Source: an uncultured Mycoplasmatota bacterium
Lineage (GTDB): Bacteria; Bacillota_I; Bacilli_A; RF39; UBA660
Assembly (NCBI GenBank): GCA_900554315.1
Contig: USGP01000002.1
Coordinates: 10,404-74,403, forward strand
Length of the DNA stretch: 64,000 nucleotides
Direction: 5' to 3'
Shown piece by piece: positions 56,963-64,000 of the stretch. The notes below the pieces were generated by a model. It ran no database searches and was not told where the DNA came from. It was given only the letters and a program-made list of their open reading frames with translations. A program made the position numbers and the translations under genes. The first letter of the stretch is position 1; the number at the start of each line of letters is the position of its first letter.

Positions 56963-57006
56963 AAATATTACCTCCTTTATCAATCTCAGAAAAAAAGAAA
57001 ACCCCT

Positions 57007-57306
57007 TTACTCTTCAGGAATTTTCAATATAAATTCTCCATCTTTAGAATAAAGATATTTTTCTCTAGCATACCTAGCAATATAATCAGGATTTTGAAGT
57101 TTGTTAGCATCTACTTTCAATTTTTTTTCCTTATTTTTTAAAGATATCAATTCTTTCTCTAATTTTGCTTTTTCCTGATATTTATCATAAATTTCAACCC
57201 AATATTTTCCAATTGTAAACGTTGTGACTACAATAACAATTACGGAAGAAAGTCCCAAAAAGAGCATTCTTCTACGCCTTTTCGTCTTTGCTTTAGACTT
57301 TGCCAT
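57007..57306 (-). CDS. divIC: Septum formation initiator (DivIC/FtsB family)
   Basis: Basic N-terminus, one TM segment and a coiled coil (KEKKLKVDANKLQNPDYIARYAREKY). Position after yabQ fits. Confidence 0.75.
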   Translation of the reverse strand: MAKSKAKTKRRRRMLFLGLSSVIVIVVTTFTIGKYWVEIYDKYQEKAKLEKELISLKNKEKKLKVDANKLQNPDYIARYAREKYLYSKDGEFILKIPEE

Positions 57307-57394
57307 GCAATCACCTACTCTTTCACAATAAATTATAGACCACTTTAAAGTATAGAGCAAGAATCCCTCAAAAAAAATAAAAAGTTTACACTTT

Positions 57395-57670
57395 TTATTT
57401 ACGTATTTTCTTTAAAATAGGAAAAGAAAGATAAAATCCTAAAAATAAAACAAGATAAAAATAAATATGTATAATACCTTGATTAATAATCCTTATAATT
57501 AAAAAATATAGTAAAGCCATATCTAACAAAAACAAAAATGTAAAAAACACTTGTAACACTTTTTTCTTTGAAAAAAGAAGAGAATAATGAAAATTAATTA
57601 ATAAAGAAAATAATATACCATAGAGAAAAGAAAAAATTAAGGATATAATTTGAATCTTTAAATTCATCAT
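57395..57670 (-). CDS. yabQ: Spore cortex biosynthesis protein YabQ
   Basis: 91-aa polytopic membrane protein whose start overlaps the yabP stop (ATGATGA), as in the yabP-yabQ-divIC operon. Confidence 0.65.
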   Translation of the reverse strand: MMNLKIQIISLIFSFLYGILFSLLINFHYSLLFSKKKVLQVFFTFLFLLDMALLYFLIIRIINQGIIHIYFYLVLFLGFYLSFPILKKIRK

Positions 57671-57954
57671 TTAAATAAACGATTAAAAATACTATTTTCC
57701 TTCTCTTTTTTTACTTCCTCAATGTATTGAATACTTTGTATAAGCCCTTTAATAGAAACATTTCCCTGCATAGTATCTAACTTTATAAGTTCCAAACCTT
57801 CACCCTTTATCATAATAAAACCCATAATAGTATCCAAAAGAAATTGTTCATTATCAAAGTTTTCTATCTTTTTTACACCAGTGATTACTAAATTCTTTCT
57901 TTCTAATAAACTAATTCCATGATTATAATTATTAATAGTATCTTGTTTATCCAT
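57667..57954 (-). CDS. yabP: Sporulation protein YabP
   Basis: GVKKIENFDNEQFLLDT..G.. .IKGEGLELIKLD is a YabP/YqfC-like pattern. Confidence 0.75.
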   Translation of the reverse strand: MDKQDTINNYNHGISLLERKNLVITGVKKIENFDNEQFLLDTIMGFIMIKGEGLELIKLDTMQGNVSIKGLIQSIQYIEEVKKEKENSIFNRLFK

Positions 57955-58022
57955 AAAATTCCTCCTGATAAATAATATGAAAAAAACAGTAAAATATGCA
58001 AAAAAAAAGATGCTAACGCATC

Positions 58023-58301
58023 TTACTCTTCTCCTTCAGTTGGATCTTCAGCTTTTTCATAAGCATCTAAAATTGCTTCTTCAAACATAGCTCTAACTTC
58101 TGGATTGATTGGGTGAGCAACATCACGGTAACCACCAGTAGCTGTCTTTCGGCTAGGCATAGCTATAAATAGACCGTTGTCTCCATCAATAATACGAATA
58201 TCATGTACTGCAAAGCTATCATCTAATAATACTGAAGCAATACCCTTCATACGAGATCCTTCCTTATTAATTTTGCGTACATTTACAGATGTAATTTTCA
58301 T
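58023..58301 (-). CDS. spoVG: Septation/sporulation regulator SpoVG
   Basis: MKITSVNVRKIN...KGIASVLLDDSFAVHDIRII.G..GLFIAMPSRK. Confidence 0.93.
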   Translation of the reverse strand: MKITSVNVRKINKEGSRMKGIASVLLDDSFAVHDIRIIDGDNGLFIAMPSRKTATGGYRDVAHPINPEVRAMFEEAILDAYEKAEDPTEGEE

Positions 58302-58395
58302 GTAATATTCCTCCCTCTTAAAGTATTACACTTTATACCTTAATTCTATAATAAATATGGGAAAAATGCAATATATTTTACATTTTCAAAGAGGT

Positions 58396-58608
58396 TTAAT
58401 GCAAAATTTCCAAACTTTGAGTCAAAATGTCACTATAACTAAAAGATTTTATTACTTTATCATCAGATAAAATAGTAAAAATAGAAGGATAAAGATTAGT
58501 AATTACACCACGAAACTCATCAATTTGATTTCTAGCTCCATGAAACCTAAAAAAGCATGGTATCCCTTTATTCTGCATTACAACTTTTTTAACATTTTCA
58601 ATCATCAT
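58396..58608 (-). CDS. veg: Veg protein (biofilm formation stimulator family)
   Basis: RFHGARNQIDEFRGVITNLYPSIFTI ... FSYSDILT aligns with B. subtilis Veg. Confidence 0.8.
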   Translation of the reverse strand: MMIENVKKVVMQNKGIPCFFRFHGARNQIDEFRGVITNLYPSIFTILSDDKVIKSFSYSDILTQSLEILH

Positions 58609-59369
58609 CTTGGATACCCCACATACATCGTACCATTAGTAATAATACCTCCCATACCATCTTTACCATACTTAGTTTTTTCTAAAATAGAAATCAAATC
58701 AATACTTTTATTTCGATCGGACAAAGCTAATGACGTTGCTAAAATTGCAGGATCCAAAGCATGGATATTAATTCTTTTAGGACTAGAAGCAAAATTTGCT
58801 CCAGCCTTAATTAATTCTTCATAATTAGATTGACAAGCACCCGCCACAATAACTAATTTATCTTGACTCTTTTCATACTTTCTTGCTGCCTTTACGGCTT
58901 CTATAAAGTTCATTGAGTTTTGATAATCATTTCTATTTTTTCTTAAATAAGCATCATGTCCTGTTATAACGACAATATCTGGTTGATATTCTTCTAATAA
59001 ATCAACAATTTTATATGGAATATCAATCTCAGGAACAGTAATTCCATTAGCTTTTACATTCATTTCACGATAAAATCGCATACACCTTTTTAAATAATCA
59101 TTATCACCATCAATATGTAAAATTTTTCCAGGTAAATAAAAATATTGACTACGATCCATTTGAAAATCCCGCATATTCTTTTCTAAAATTAATTGATCAG
59201 TATCCTCCACTTTACTTGCCAATACTAAATCTGTAATTAAACTATCTGCATATAATCTTAAATCAACACCCTTTAAGAAAACTATATTACCTTCTATAGA
59301 CATAATTTTGAAAACAACATCATGATTATGAGAAATTCTTGTAACATAATCTCCAACCTTAAATTTCAT
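58605..59369 (-). CDS. yabG: Sporulation-specific protease YabG
   Basis: MKFKVGDYVTR ..., VVITGHDAY, AGACQSNYE and NIHALDPA. Start at ATG 59369 after GGAAGGAGG. Confidence 0.8.
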   Translation of the reverse strand: MKFKVGDYVTRISHNHDVVFKIMSIEGNIVFLKGVDLRLYADSLITDLVLASKVEDTDQLILEKNMRDFQMDRSQYFYLPGKILHIDGDNDYLKRCMRFYREMNVKANGITVPEIDIPYKIVDLLEEYQPDIVVITGHDAYLRKNRNDYQNSMNFIEAVKAARKYEKSQDKLVIVAGACQSNYEELIKAGANFASSPKRINIHALDPAILATSLALSDRNKSIDLISILEKTKYGKDGMGGIITNGTMYVGYPR

Positions 59370-59415
59370 AACATTCCTCCTTCCTAATTTTATGTCAAAA
59401 AAAAAGAAATATTCC

Positions 59416-60219
59416 TTAAGATAATGCATTAGCAATCTCAACAAATATTTCTACAGATAATTGTTCAGCACGAACAGTTAAATCATAATGATGTAATTGC
59501 AAAACAGAAAGCACAACATTCAAATCGTATTTTCTCAAATTATTACGCAAATTTTTTCTCTTAAACTGAAAACTATCTCTTACTAATTGAAAAAACAATG
59601 TCTGATTTTTTAATGGTAATAAATTTTCTTTTTTAGTAAAAGAAATTACAACACTATCAACATTAGGTTCTGGAACAAATTCTTTTCTAGATACAAAAAA
59701 CTCCTTTTTTGTATTATAAAAATAAGAAAGGAAAACACTAATCGAACCATATTCCCTACTTCCAGGTTTCGCTGAAAATCTATCGCCAACTTCTTTTTGT
59801 ACCATCATACAAATTTTTTGAAAATCTAATTTACTTTCCATAATTTTCATCATAATAGGAGTAGTTATATAATAGGGAACATTACTAATAAAATACAAAT
59901 TTTGATAAGTGTAATTTAATAAATCATCTTTAATATTGCTTTCTAAAAAATCCTGAAATAATATTGTAACATTAGAATATTCATACAACTTTAAAGCAAG
60001 TTCTTCTTTTAAATCCGTATCAATCTCATACGCTAAAACATTACCAGCACGTTTTGCCAATGCTTTTGTAAGAATAGCTCCTCCTGGACCAACTTCAACA
60101 ACTAAATCATTTTTTGTCAAAGAGCAAACATCCGCAATTCGTTCTACTACAGACTCTCTTTTTAAAAAATTCTGTCCATATTTCTTTTTAAATTTAACAT
60201 CATAATGTTCCACATCCAT
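59416..60219 (-). CDS. rsmA: 16S rRNA (adenine1518/1519-N6)-dimethyltransferase
   Basis: KKKYGQNFL, VVEVGPGGAILT and SNVPYYITTP. Confidence 0.9.
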   Translation of the reverse strand: MDVEHYDVKFKKKYGQNFLKRESVVERIADVCSLTKNDLVVEVGPGGAILTKALAKRAGNVLAYEIDTDLKEELALKLYEYSNVTILFQDFLESNIKDDLLNYTYQNLYFISNVPYYITTPIMMKIMESKLDFQKICMMVQKEVGDRFSAKPGSREYGSISVFLSYFYNTKKEFFVSRKEFVPEPNVDSVVISFTKKENLLPLKNQTLFFQLVRDSFQFKRKNLRNNLRKYDLNVVLSVLQLHHYDLTVRAEQLSVEIFVEIANALS

Positions 60220-60262
60220 CACCAATAAAACTATAACATAATAAAAAAAGAAAGACAATAAA

Positions 60263-60925
60263 CTATATAATTTCAATGTCTTCCACTAAATTATCCTTAC
60301 TGTCTCTCTTCTTTTTCTGCTTCTGTATTTGTTGTCTAATACGAATAGCTTCACTTACAATTAAATATGCAAGTGGTAACCCAATACATAAAATCCAACC
60401 AAAATAAGTAGATAAAAATTGACGAATATAACCTAAATATGGAATTCTAAAAAGTACTTTACCATATACATCATCCTCATCAACCAAAGTAGCATCAGCA
60501 ACATTATTATTATCACCTTTTGTACGATATAATAACCTACCATCTTCTGCTTCTTCTATACCAATAATTCTATGAGTAATAACTTTTCCACTATAATATG
60601 GATCACGTCCCATATAGCTAATAATATCACCCTGTTTTAAATCATCCGAATCTGTTCTCTGAATAATAATAGCATCTTGAACATTAATAGTTGGTACCAT
60701 ACTAGGACTAACAATAACATAAGCATCAAAAAGTGGGGGTTTATCTTCTCCAGATTTAAGATTATATAATAAATCACCAAAATAAAAAATAAACAATAAA
60801 AATATAATCATTAATAATAAGAAAATAACATATAGGATTACTTTAGTAATAAAATGTAAAAAAAACTGCAAAATTTCTTTTACTGAAACAACATCGTCAT
60901 GATTAGTATCAAAATATTGTTTCAT
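60263..60925 (-). CDS. sipW: Signal peptidase I, ER/archaeal (SipW) type
   Basis: IVSPSMVPTI, GDIISY, VITHRII, LYRTKGDNNNVADATLV and IPYLGYI, plus a C-terminal TM segment and charged tail. It aligns block by block with B. subtilis SipW (VVSGSMEPTF, GDVITF, VTHRIV, TKGDNNAAAD, LPYAGYM). Confidence 0.85.
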   Translation of the reverse strand: MKQYFDTNHDDVVSVKEILQFFLHFITKVILYVIFLLLMIIFLLFIFYFGDLLYNLKSGEDKPPLFDAYVIVSPSMVPTINVQDAIIIQRTDSDDLKQGDIISYMGRDPYYSGKVITHRIIGIEEAEDGRLLYRTKGDNNNVADATLVDEDDVYGKVLFRIPYLGYIRQFLSTYFGWILCIGLPLAYLIVSEAIRIRQQIQKQKKKRDSKDNLVEDIEII

Positions 60926-60993
60926 ACTAATCCCTCCTATCTATCATCATAACAATGATATCACGGTATTTTAAAAAAAACTAGTTTTCGTCA

Positions 60994-61020
60994 GAAAAAA
61001 AAGAGGAGTTTACATCCTCT
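60994..61020 (-). terminator. Short hairpin plus T-run between paralog 3 and sipW
   Basis: Minus strand reads AGAGGA-TGTAAAC-TCCTCT plus T8. Confidence 0.5.
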
Positions 61021-61645
61021 AAATAACTTTTGCTGTCACATTTAATTTAATATTAAAATTTCTACTTACAGAATCGATAATAGTATTTTGATCTACCCAC
61101 ATTCGAAGCCTAAAATTCTCACTAAGATCTTTAGCCTCATCTGAAGTATTACTAAAAGTACCAGAGTATAAAACCATTGTTCCTTTTTTACTACCTAAAA
61201 AACTATCCTCCGTTAATGCATGAAAGTGTTGAGGAATAGAAGTAATTGGTGTATCAGTGTATTGATTCAAATCATATTTTTGCAAATACAACTTAACAGA
61301 GTCATCACTCAACATCTCAGTATCTGTTTTTACTTTTTCTGCTGAAATCTCATAATTTAAAGTGGTATGTGGCGCCAAATTCGTACGAACAACAAACTCA
61401 TAAACATTACCATCTCCAGTTAAATTTTTTCCTACATCATCACTCATTGGCATCATACTATTCATAGAAACAGATTTACTTTGATTATTAAAAGATAAAG
61501 AAATAGTTCCTGTAGATATCATATTACTATTAGAATCAGAAATAAAAGAATTATAAGCTGCATAACTGACTCCTACAAAAGCAATAATTAAAATAGAAAT
61601 GCCAACAATAGATAATATAATTTGTTTAGATTCTGTCTGTATCAT
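61019..61645 (-). CDS. TasA/camelysin-superfamily-like secreted protein, paralog 3 (carries a SipW-cognate-type signal)
   Basis: Start at ATG 61645 after GGAG. ...FVGVSYAAYNSFISDSNSNMISTGTISLS matches TasA ...GGTWAAFNDIKSKDATFASGTLDLS. It shares the MPMSDDVGKNL, YEFVV, YEI, VKLYL and FRLRMWV blocks with the two upstream genes. Confidence 0.6.
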   Translation of the reverse strand: MIQTESKQIILSIVGISILIIAFVGVSYAAYNSFISDSNSNMISTGTISLSFNNQSKSVSMNSMMPMSDDVGKNLTGDGNVYEFVVRTNLAPHTTLNYEISAEKVKTDTEMLSDDSVKLYLQKYDLNQYTDTPITSIPQHFHALTEDSFLGSKKGTMVLYSGTFSNTSDEAKDLSENFRLRMWVDQNTIIDSVSRNFNIKLNVTAKVI

Positions 61646-61703
61646 ATAAATTTCTCCACTTCCTATCATAATAATCATAACACACATTAATTGTTTTGGA
61701 AAT

Positions 61704-61728
61704 AAAAAAAAGACCTCTCATGAAGTCT
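61704..61728 (-). terminator. Hairpin plus T-run between paralogs 2 and 3
   Basis: Minus strand reads AGACTTC-ATGA-GAGGTCT (one G-U pair) plus T8. An extended -10 (TGTTATGAT) follows, ahead of paralog 3. Confidence 0.5.
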
Positions 61729-62320
61729 AACTTACTTTTCCATATACTTTTACTTGAACAGAATATGTCCCGGCCGGATCAACAACAGCACCTTCTCTAA
61801 CCCACATTCTTAATCGATAATTATCAACACGATCAGATGATAAAGAAACTCTATTTAAAACCATAGATTTGGCTGGACTACCCAAATTTGATTTCTTCTT
61901 AATTGGAGTAAATGCCTCAGGTTCTGTTACTTTAGCATAAGTACCACTATTTTGTTTTTCTAAATAAACAACAATATCAGAATCAGAAATTGTTGATGAT
62001 TTATCTTTTATCAAAGCAATTTCATATTTAACTGAATCATCATTACTCACTTCTGATGAAACGGAAAAATCAAAATAACTTCCCTCATCACGTAAAGATT
62101 TACCTGTTTCATTATTCATTGAAGTTAGATTATTAAGAGCAAAAGTATTAGTTGCTGTTTTATAATTCATAGATACCACATTTTTACTTACAACTTCACG
62201 AACATTAGCTTTTTGTTCACGAAAAAACATAAAAAAGGCAAAAACTACAACAGCAATAAGAAGTACACTTACTCCTAATACACACAATACAACATTTCTT
62301 GTTTTATGACCTTCTTTCAT
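61727..62320 (-). CDS. Paralog 2 of the TasA-like family (N-terminal signal anchor)
   Basis: AGGAGG RBS overlapping the stop of paralog 1. One TM segment. Blocks are ETGKSLRDEG, YFDFSV, KYEI, IVVYL and YRLRMWV. Confidence 0.6.
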   Translation of the reverse strand: MKEGHKTRNVVLCVLGVSVLLIAVVVFAFFMFFREQKANVREVVSKNVVSMNYKTATNTFALNNLTSMNNETGKSLRDEGSYFDFSVSSEVSNDDSVKYEIALIKDKSSTISDSDIVVYLEKQNSGTYAKVTEPEAFTPIKKKSNLGSPAKSMVLNRVSLSSDRVDNYRLRMWVREGAVVDPAGTYSVQVKVYGKVS

Positions 62321-62328
62321 ATTTCCTC

Positions 62329-62925
62329 CTAATTTTTAATTTTTGCATAAAGTGCAATTTTAAAACTTCGATACTCTGTCGTAATAGGATAGGAATCATC
62401 TAACCACATACGTAATCTAAATTTTTTTGTTTCACCCTTTTTTAATGTACCTGAATATAACTGTTTACCAGCTGGATCACTGGATGCTACCTTTAAACTC
62501 TTATATGTCGGAACCATCTTATTACGATAAGCATCAAATGGTAAATCAGACTTTCCATCAGTTAAATAAACTTTAACATAATTAGTAGGAAGTTCTAGTG
62601 CAACTCCTACAGGAATAGCATAAATTTCATATTGAATAGAATCTATTCCATTCATATTAGAAGACAATGAAAATTCACTATATCCATATTTACCATGGTT
62701 TTCTGTATAATCTAACTGCTTGCCTAAATCATCTGTAATTGGCATAGAACTATCAACAGATAAACCAGAAGACTGTTCAGAATAAGAAAAAATTAATGTA
62801 GCATTTTTAGTCGCAGAATCATTACCACGAAAATACAAAAGAACACATCCAATAAACGTACATAAAGCAAATAAAATTAATGCAATCATAATAAATAATG
62901 TAGAATGTGAATACTGCTTTTTCAT
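62329..62925 (-). CDS. Paralog 1 of the TasA-like family (N-terminal signal anchor)
   Basis: ATG 62925 after AGGGG. One TM segment. Blocks are MPITDDLGKQL, YSEFSL, QYEI, VKVYL and FRLRMWL. Confidence 0.6.
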   Translation of the reverse strand: MKKQYSHSTLFIMIALILFALCTFIGCVLLYFRGNDSATKNATLIFSYSEQSSGLSVDSSMPITDDLGKQLDYTENHGKYGYSEFSLSSNMNGIDSIQYEIYAIPVGVALELPTNYVKVYLTDGKSDLPFDAYRNKMVPTYKSLKVASSDPAGKQLYSGTLKKGETKKFRLRMWLDDSYPITTEYRSFKIALYAKIKN

Positions 62926-62938
62926 AGTCACAACCCCT

Positions 62939-62956
62939 ATTCTATAGATATAGAAT
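62939..62956. promoter_or_regulatory. 18-bp palindrome (ATTCTATA-GA-TATAGAAT), candidate operator in the promoter region of the paralog cassette
   Basis: Perfect 8-bp arms read directly from the sequence. It lies 14 nt upstream of the paralog 1 start and overlaps -10-like TATTCT/TATATC hexamers. Confidence 0.4.
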
Positions 62957-62980
62957 ACACTATTTTGTATTTTTTTTCAA

Positions 62981-63733
62981 CTAATCTAAACGAAAAACTG
63001 TTTTTGCTGTTTGAGTAGTAATACGCTCTACTTCATCTAAAGTAACATTTTGACATTCGGAAACCTTTTTCGCTACAAGAGGAATATATTTAGAACTATT
63101 TTGTTGACCACGATAAGGGGCTGGTGTTAAATAAGGACTATCTGTTTCTAAAACAATTTTATCTAGTGGAAGTTGAGCAACAACACTTCCTAAATTACTA
63201 TTTTTAAATGTAATAACCCCACCAATGCCTAAAACAAAACCCATCTTAATATATTCTCTTGCTGTTTCAATACTTCCATTAAAACAGTGAATAACTCCAC
63301 GAACAGAATATTTTTTCAAAGTCTGAATAGTATCATAAGTAGCATCTCGACTATGAATAACAACTGGTAAATGAAGTTTTTCAGCAATCAAAAGCTGTTT
63401 TTCAAATAGAGAAATCTGTTGTAAACGATCTTCTTTTCCATAATGATAATCTAATCCAATTTCTCCGACACCAATAACTTTTTTATTCATTAATTGCTTT
63501 TGTAATAATTCAATATCTTCATCATGATAAACACTTGCCTCAGATGGATGATACCCAATCGTAACATAAACGTCAGAAATTTTATTAGCATAATCTAAAG
63601 ATTCTAAAATACTATTCTTATCACATCCAGAAATAATAATAGGACTAACACGATTTTTTCGATTTTCATCTAAAATCTTCTTTATATCATTATAATCATT
63701 TTTCGACAAATGACAGTGTGTATCAATAAACAT
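62981..63733 (-). CDS. tatD: TatD-family metal-dependent DNase/hydrolase
   Basis: MFIDTHCHL, GEIGLDYHY, VIHSRDA, GVIHCF and LETDSPYL. Confidence 0.9.
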   Translation of the reverse strand: MFIDTHCHLSKNDYNDIKKILDENRKNRVSPIIISGCDKNSILESLDYANKISDVYVTIGYHPSEASVYHDEDIELLQKQLMNKKVIGVGEIGLDYHYGKEDRLQQISLFEKQLLIAEKLHLPVVIHSRDATYDTIQTLKKYSVRGVIHCFNGSIETAREYIKMGFVLGIGGVITFKNSNLGSVVAQLPLDKIVLETDSPYLTPAPYRGQQNSSKYIPLVAKKVSECQNVTLDEVERITTQTAKTVFRLD

Positions 63734-63764
63734 ATATACTTACCTCCAAAATAAAAATATCATA

Positions 63765-63938
63765 TTAATGATATTTTTTCCACTCACATACCTTCATTCT
63801 AAAATAAAATAATACTAAAAAAACTAAATATCCAAAATCTAAAAGATTTCTAGTAAAAACTACATACAAAAACATCAAAATAATATAAAAAAAACAAACA
63901 AAGTCTACTGTAAAAAACTGCCAATTATTTTTTAACAT
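63765..63938 (-). CDS. Possible small membrane protein (57 aa), not in the ORF track
   Basis: The reverse frame gives MLKNNWQFFTVDFVCFFYIILMFLYVVFTRNLLDFGYLVFLVLFYFRMKVCEWKKYH. It is hydrophobic. No clear RBS was checked. Confidence 0.25.
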   Translation of the reverse strand: MLKNNWQFFTVDFVCFFYIILMFLYVVFTRNLLDFGYLVFLVLFYFRMKVCEWKKYH

Positions 63939-64000
63939 ATATTTTTCCTTTCCTACAGCAACTACCCTTCTACTATAGCATAAAGAAAAAAAGAAAGATA

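Overview
AT-rich chromosomal segment from a low-GC Firmicute. On the minus strand the gene order reproduces the Bacillus subtilis block tatD ... ksgA-yabG-veg ... spoVG ... yabP-yabQ-divIC ... tilS-ftsH ... dusB-lysS ... clpC ... cysS-mrnC-rlmB-sigH-secE-nusG-rplKAJL-ybxB-rpoBC-rpsLG-fusA-tuf. It continues with murD, eno, two proS genes, secG, rnr and smpB. The yabG, yabP, yabQ and spoVG genes point to a spore-forming lineage, possibly Erysipelotrichia- or Clostridia-like. Most of the window is ordinary housekeeping sequence. Five accessory spots stand out. (1) Between tatD and rsmA lies a cassette of three paralogous ~200-aa secreted or anchored proteins plus a SipW-type signal peptidase; I read it as an unannotated TasA-superfamily fibre/matrix locus, and it is the best candidate for a new system. 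(2) Next to the tmRNA gene is a decayed integrated mobilizable element: a serine-recombinase N-terminus fused in frame to a frameshifted MobV relaxase, with iteron-like 12-bp repeats. ssrA is inverted relative to smpB and about 7 kb away from it. (3) That accessory segment also holds a standalone JAMM/MPN protein and several orphan genes. (4) A bacterial-type and an archaeal-type prolyl-tRNA synthetase sit in tandem behind one proline T-box leader. (5) A tail-anchored pseudokinase-like protein follows sigH. A partial HerA/DUF87-like ATPase runs off the left edge. I saw no rRNA genes, tRNA genes or CRISPR arrays. All calls come from reading translations and motifs by eye; no database search was run.
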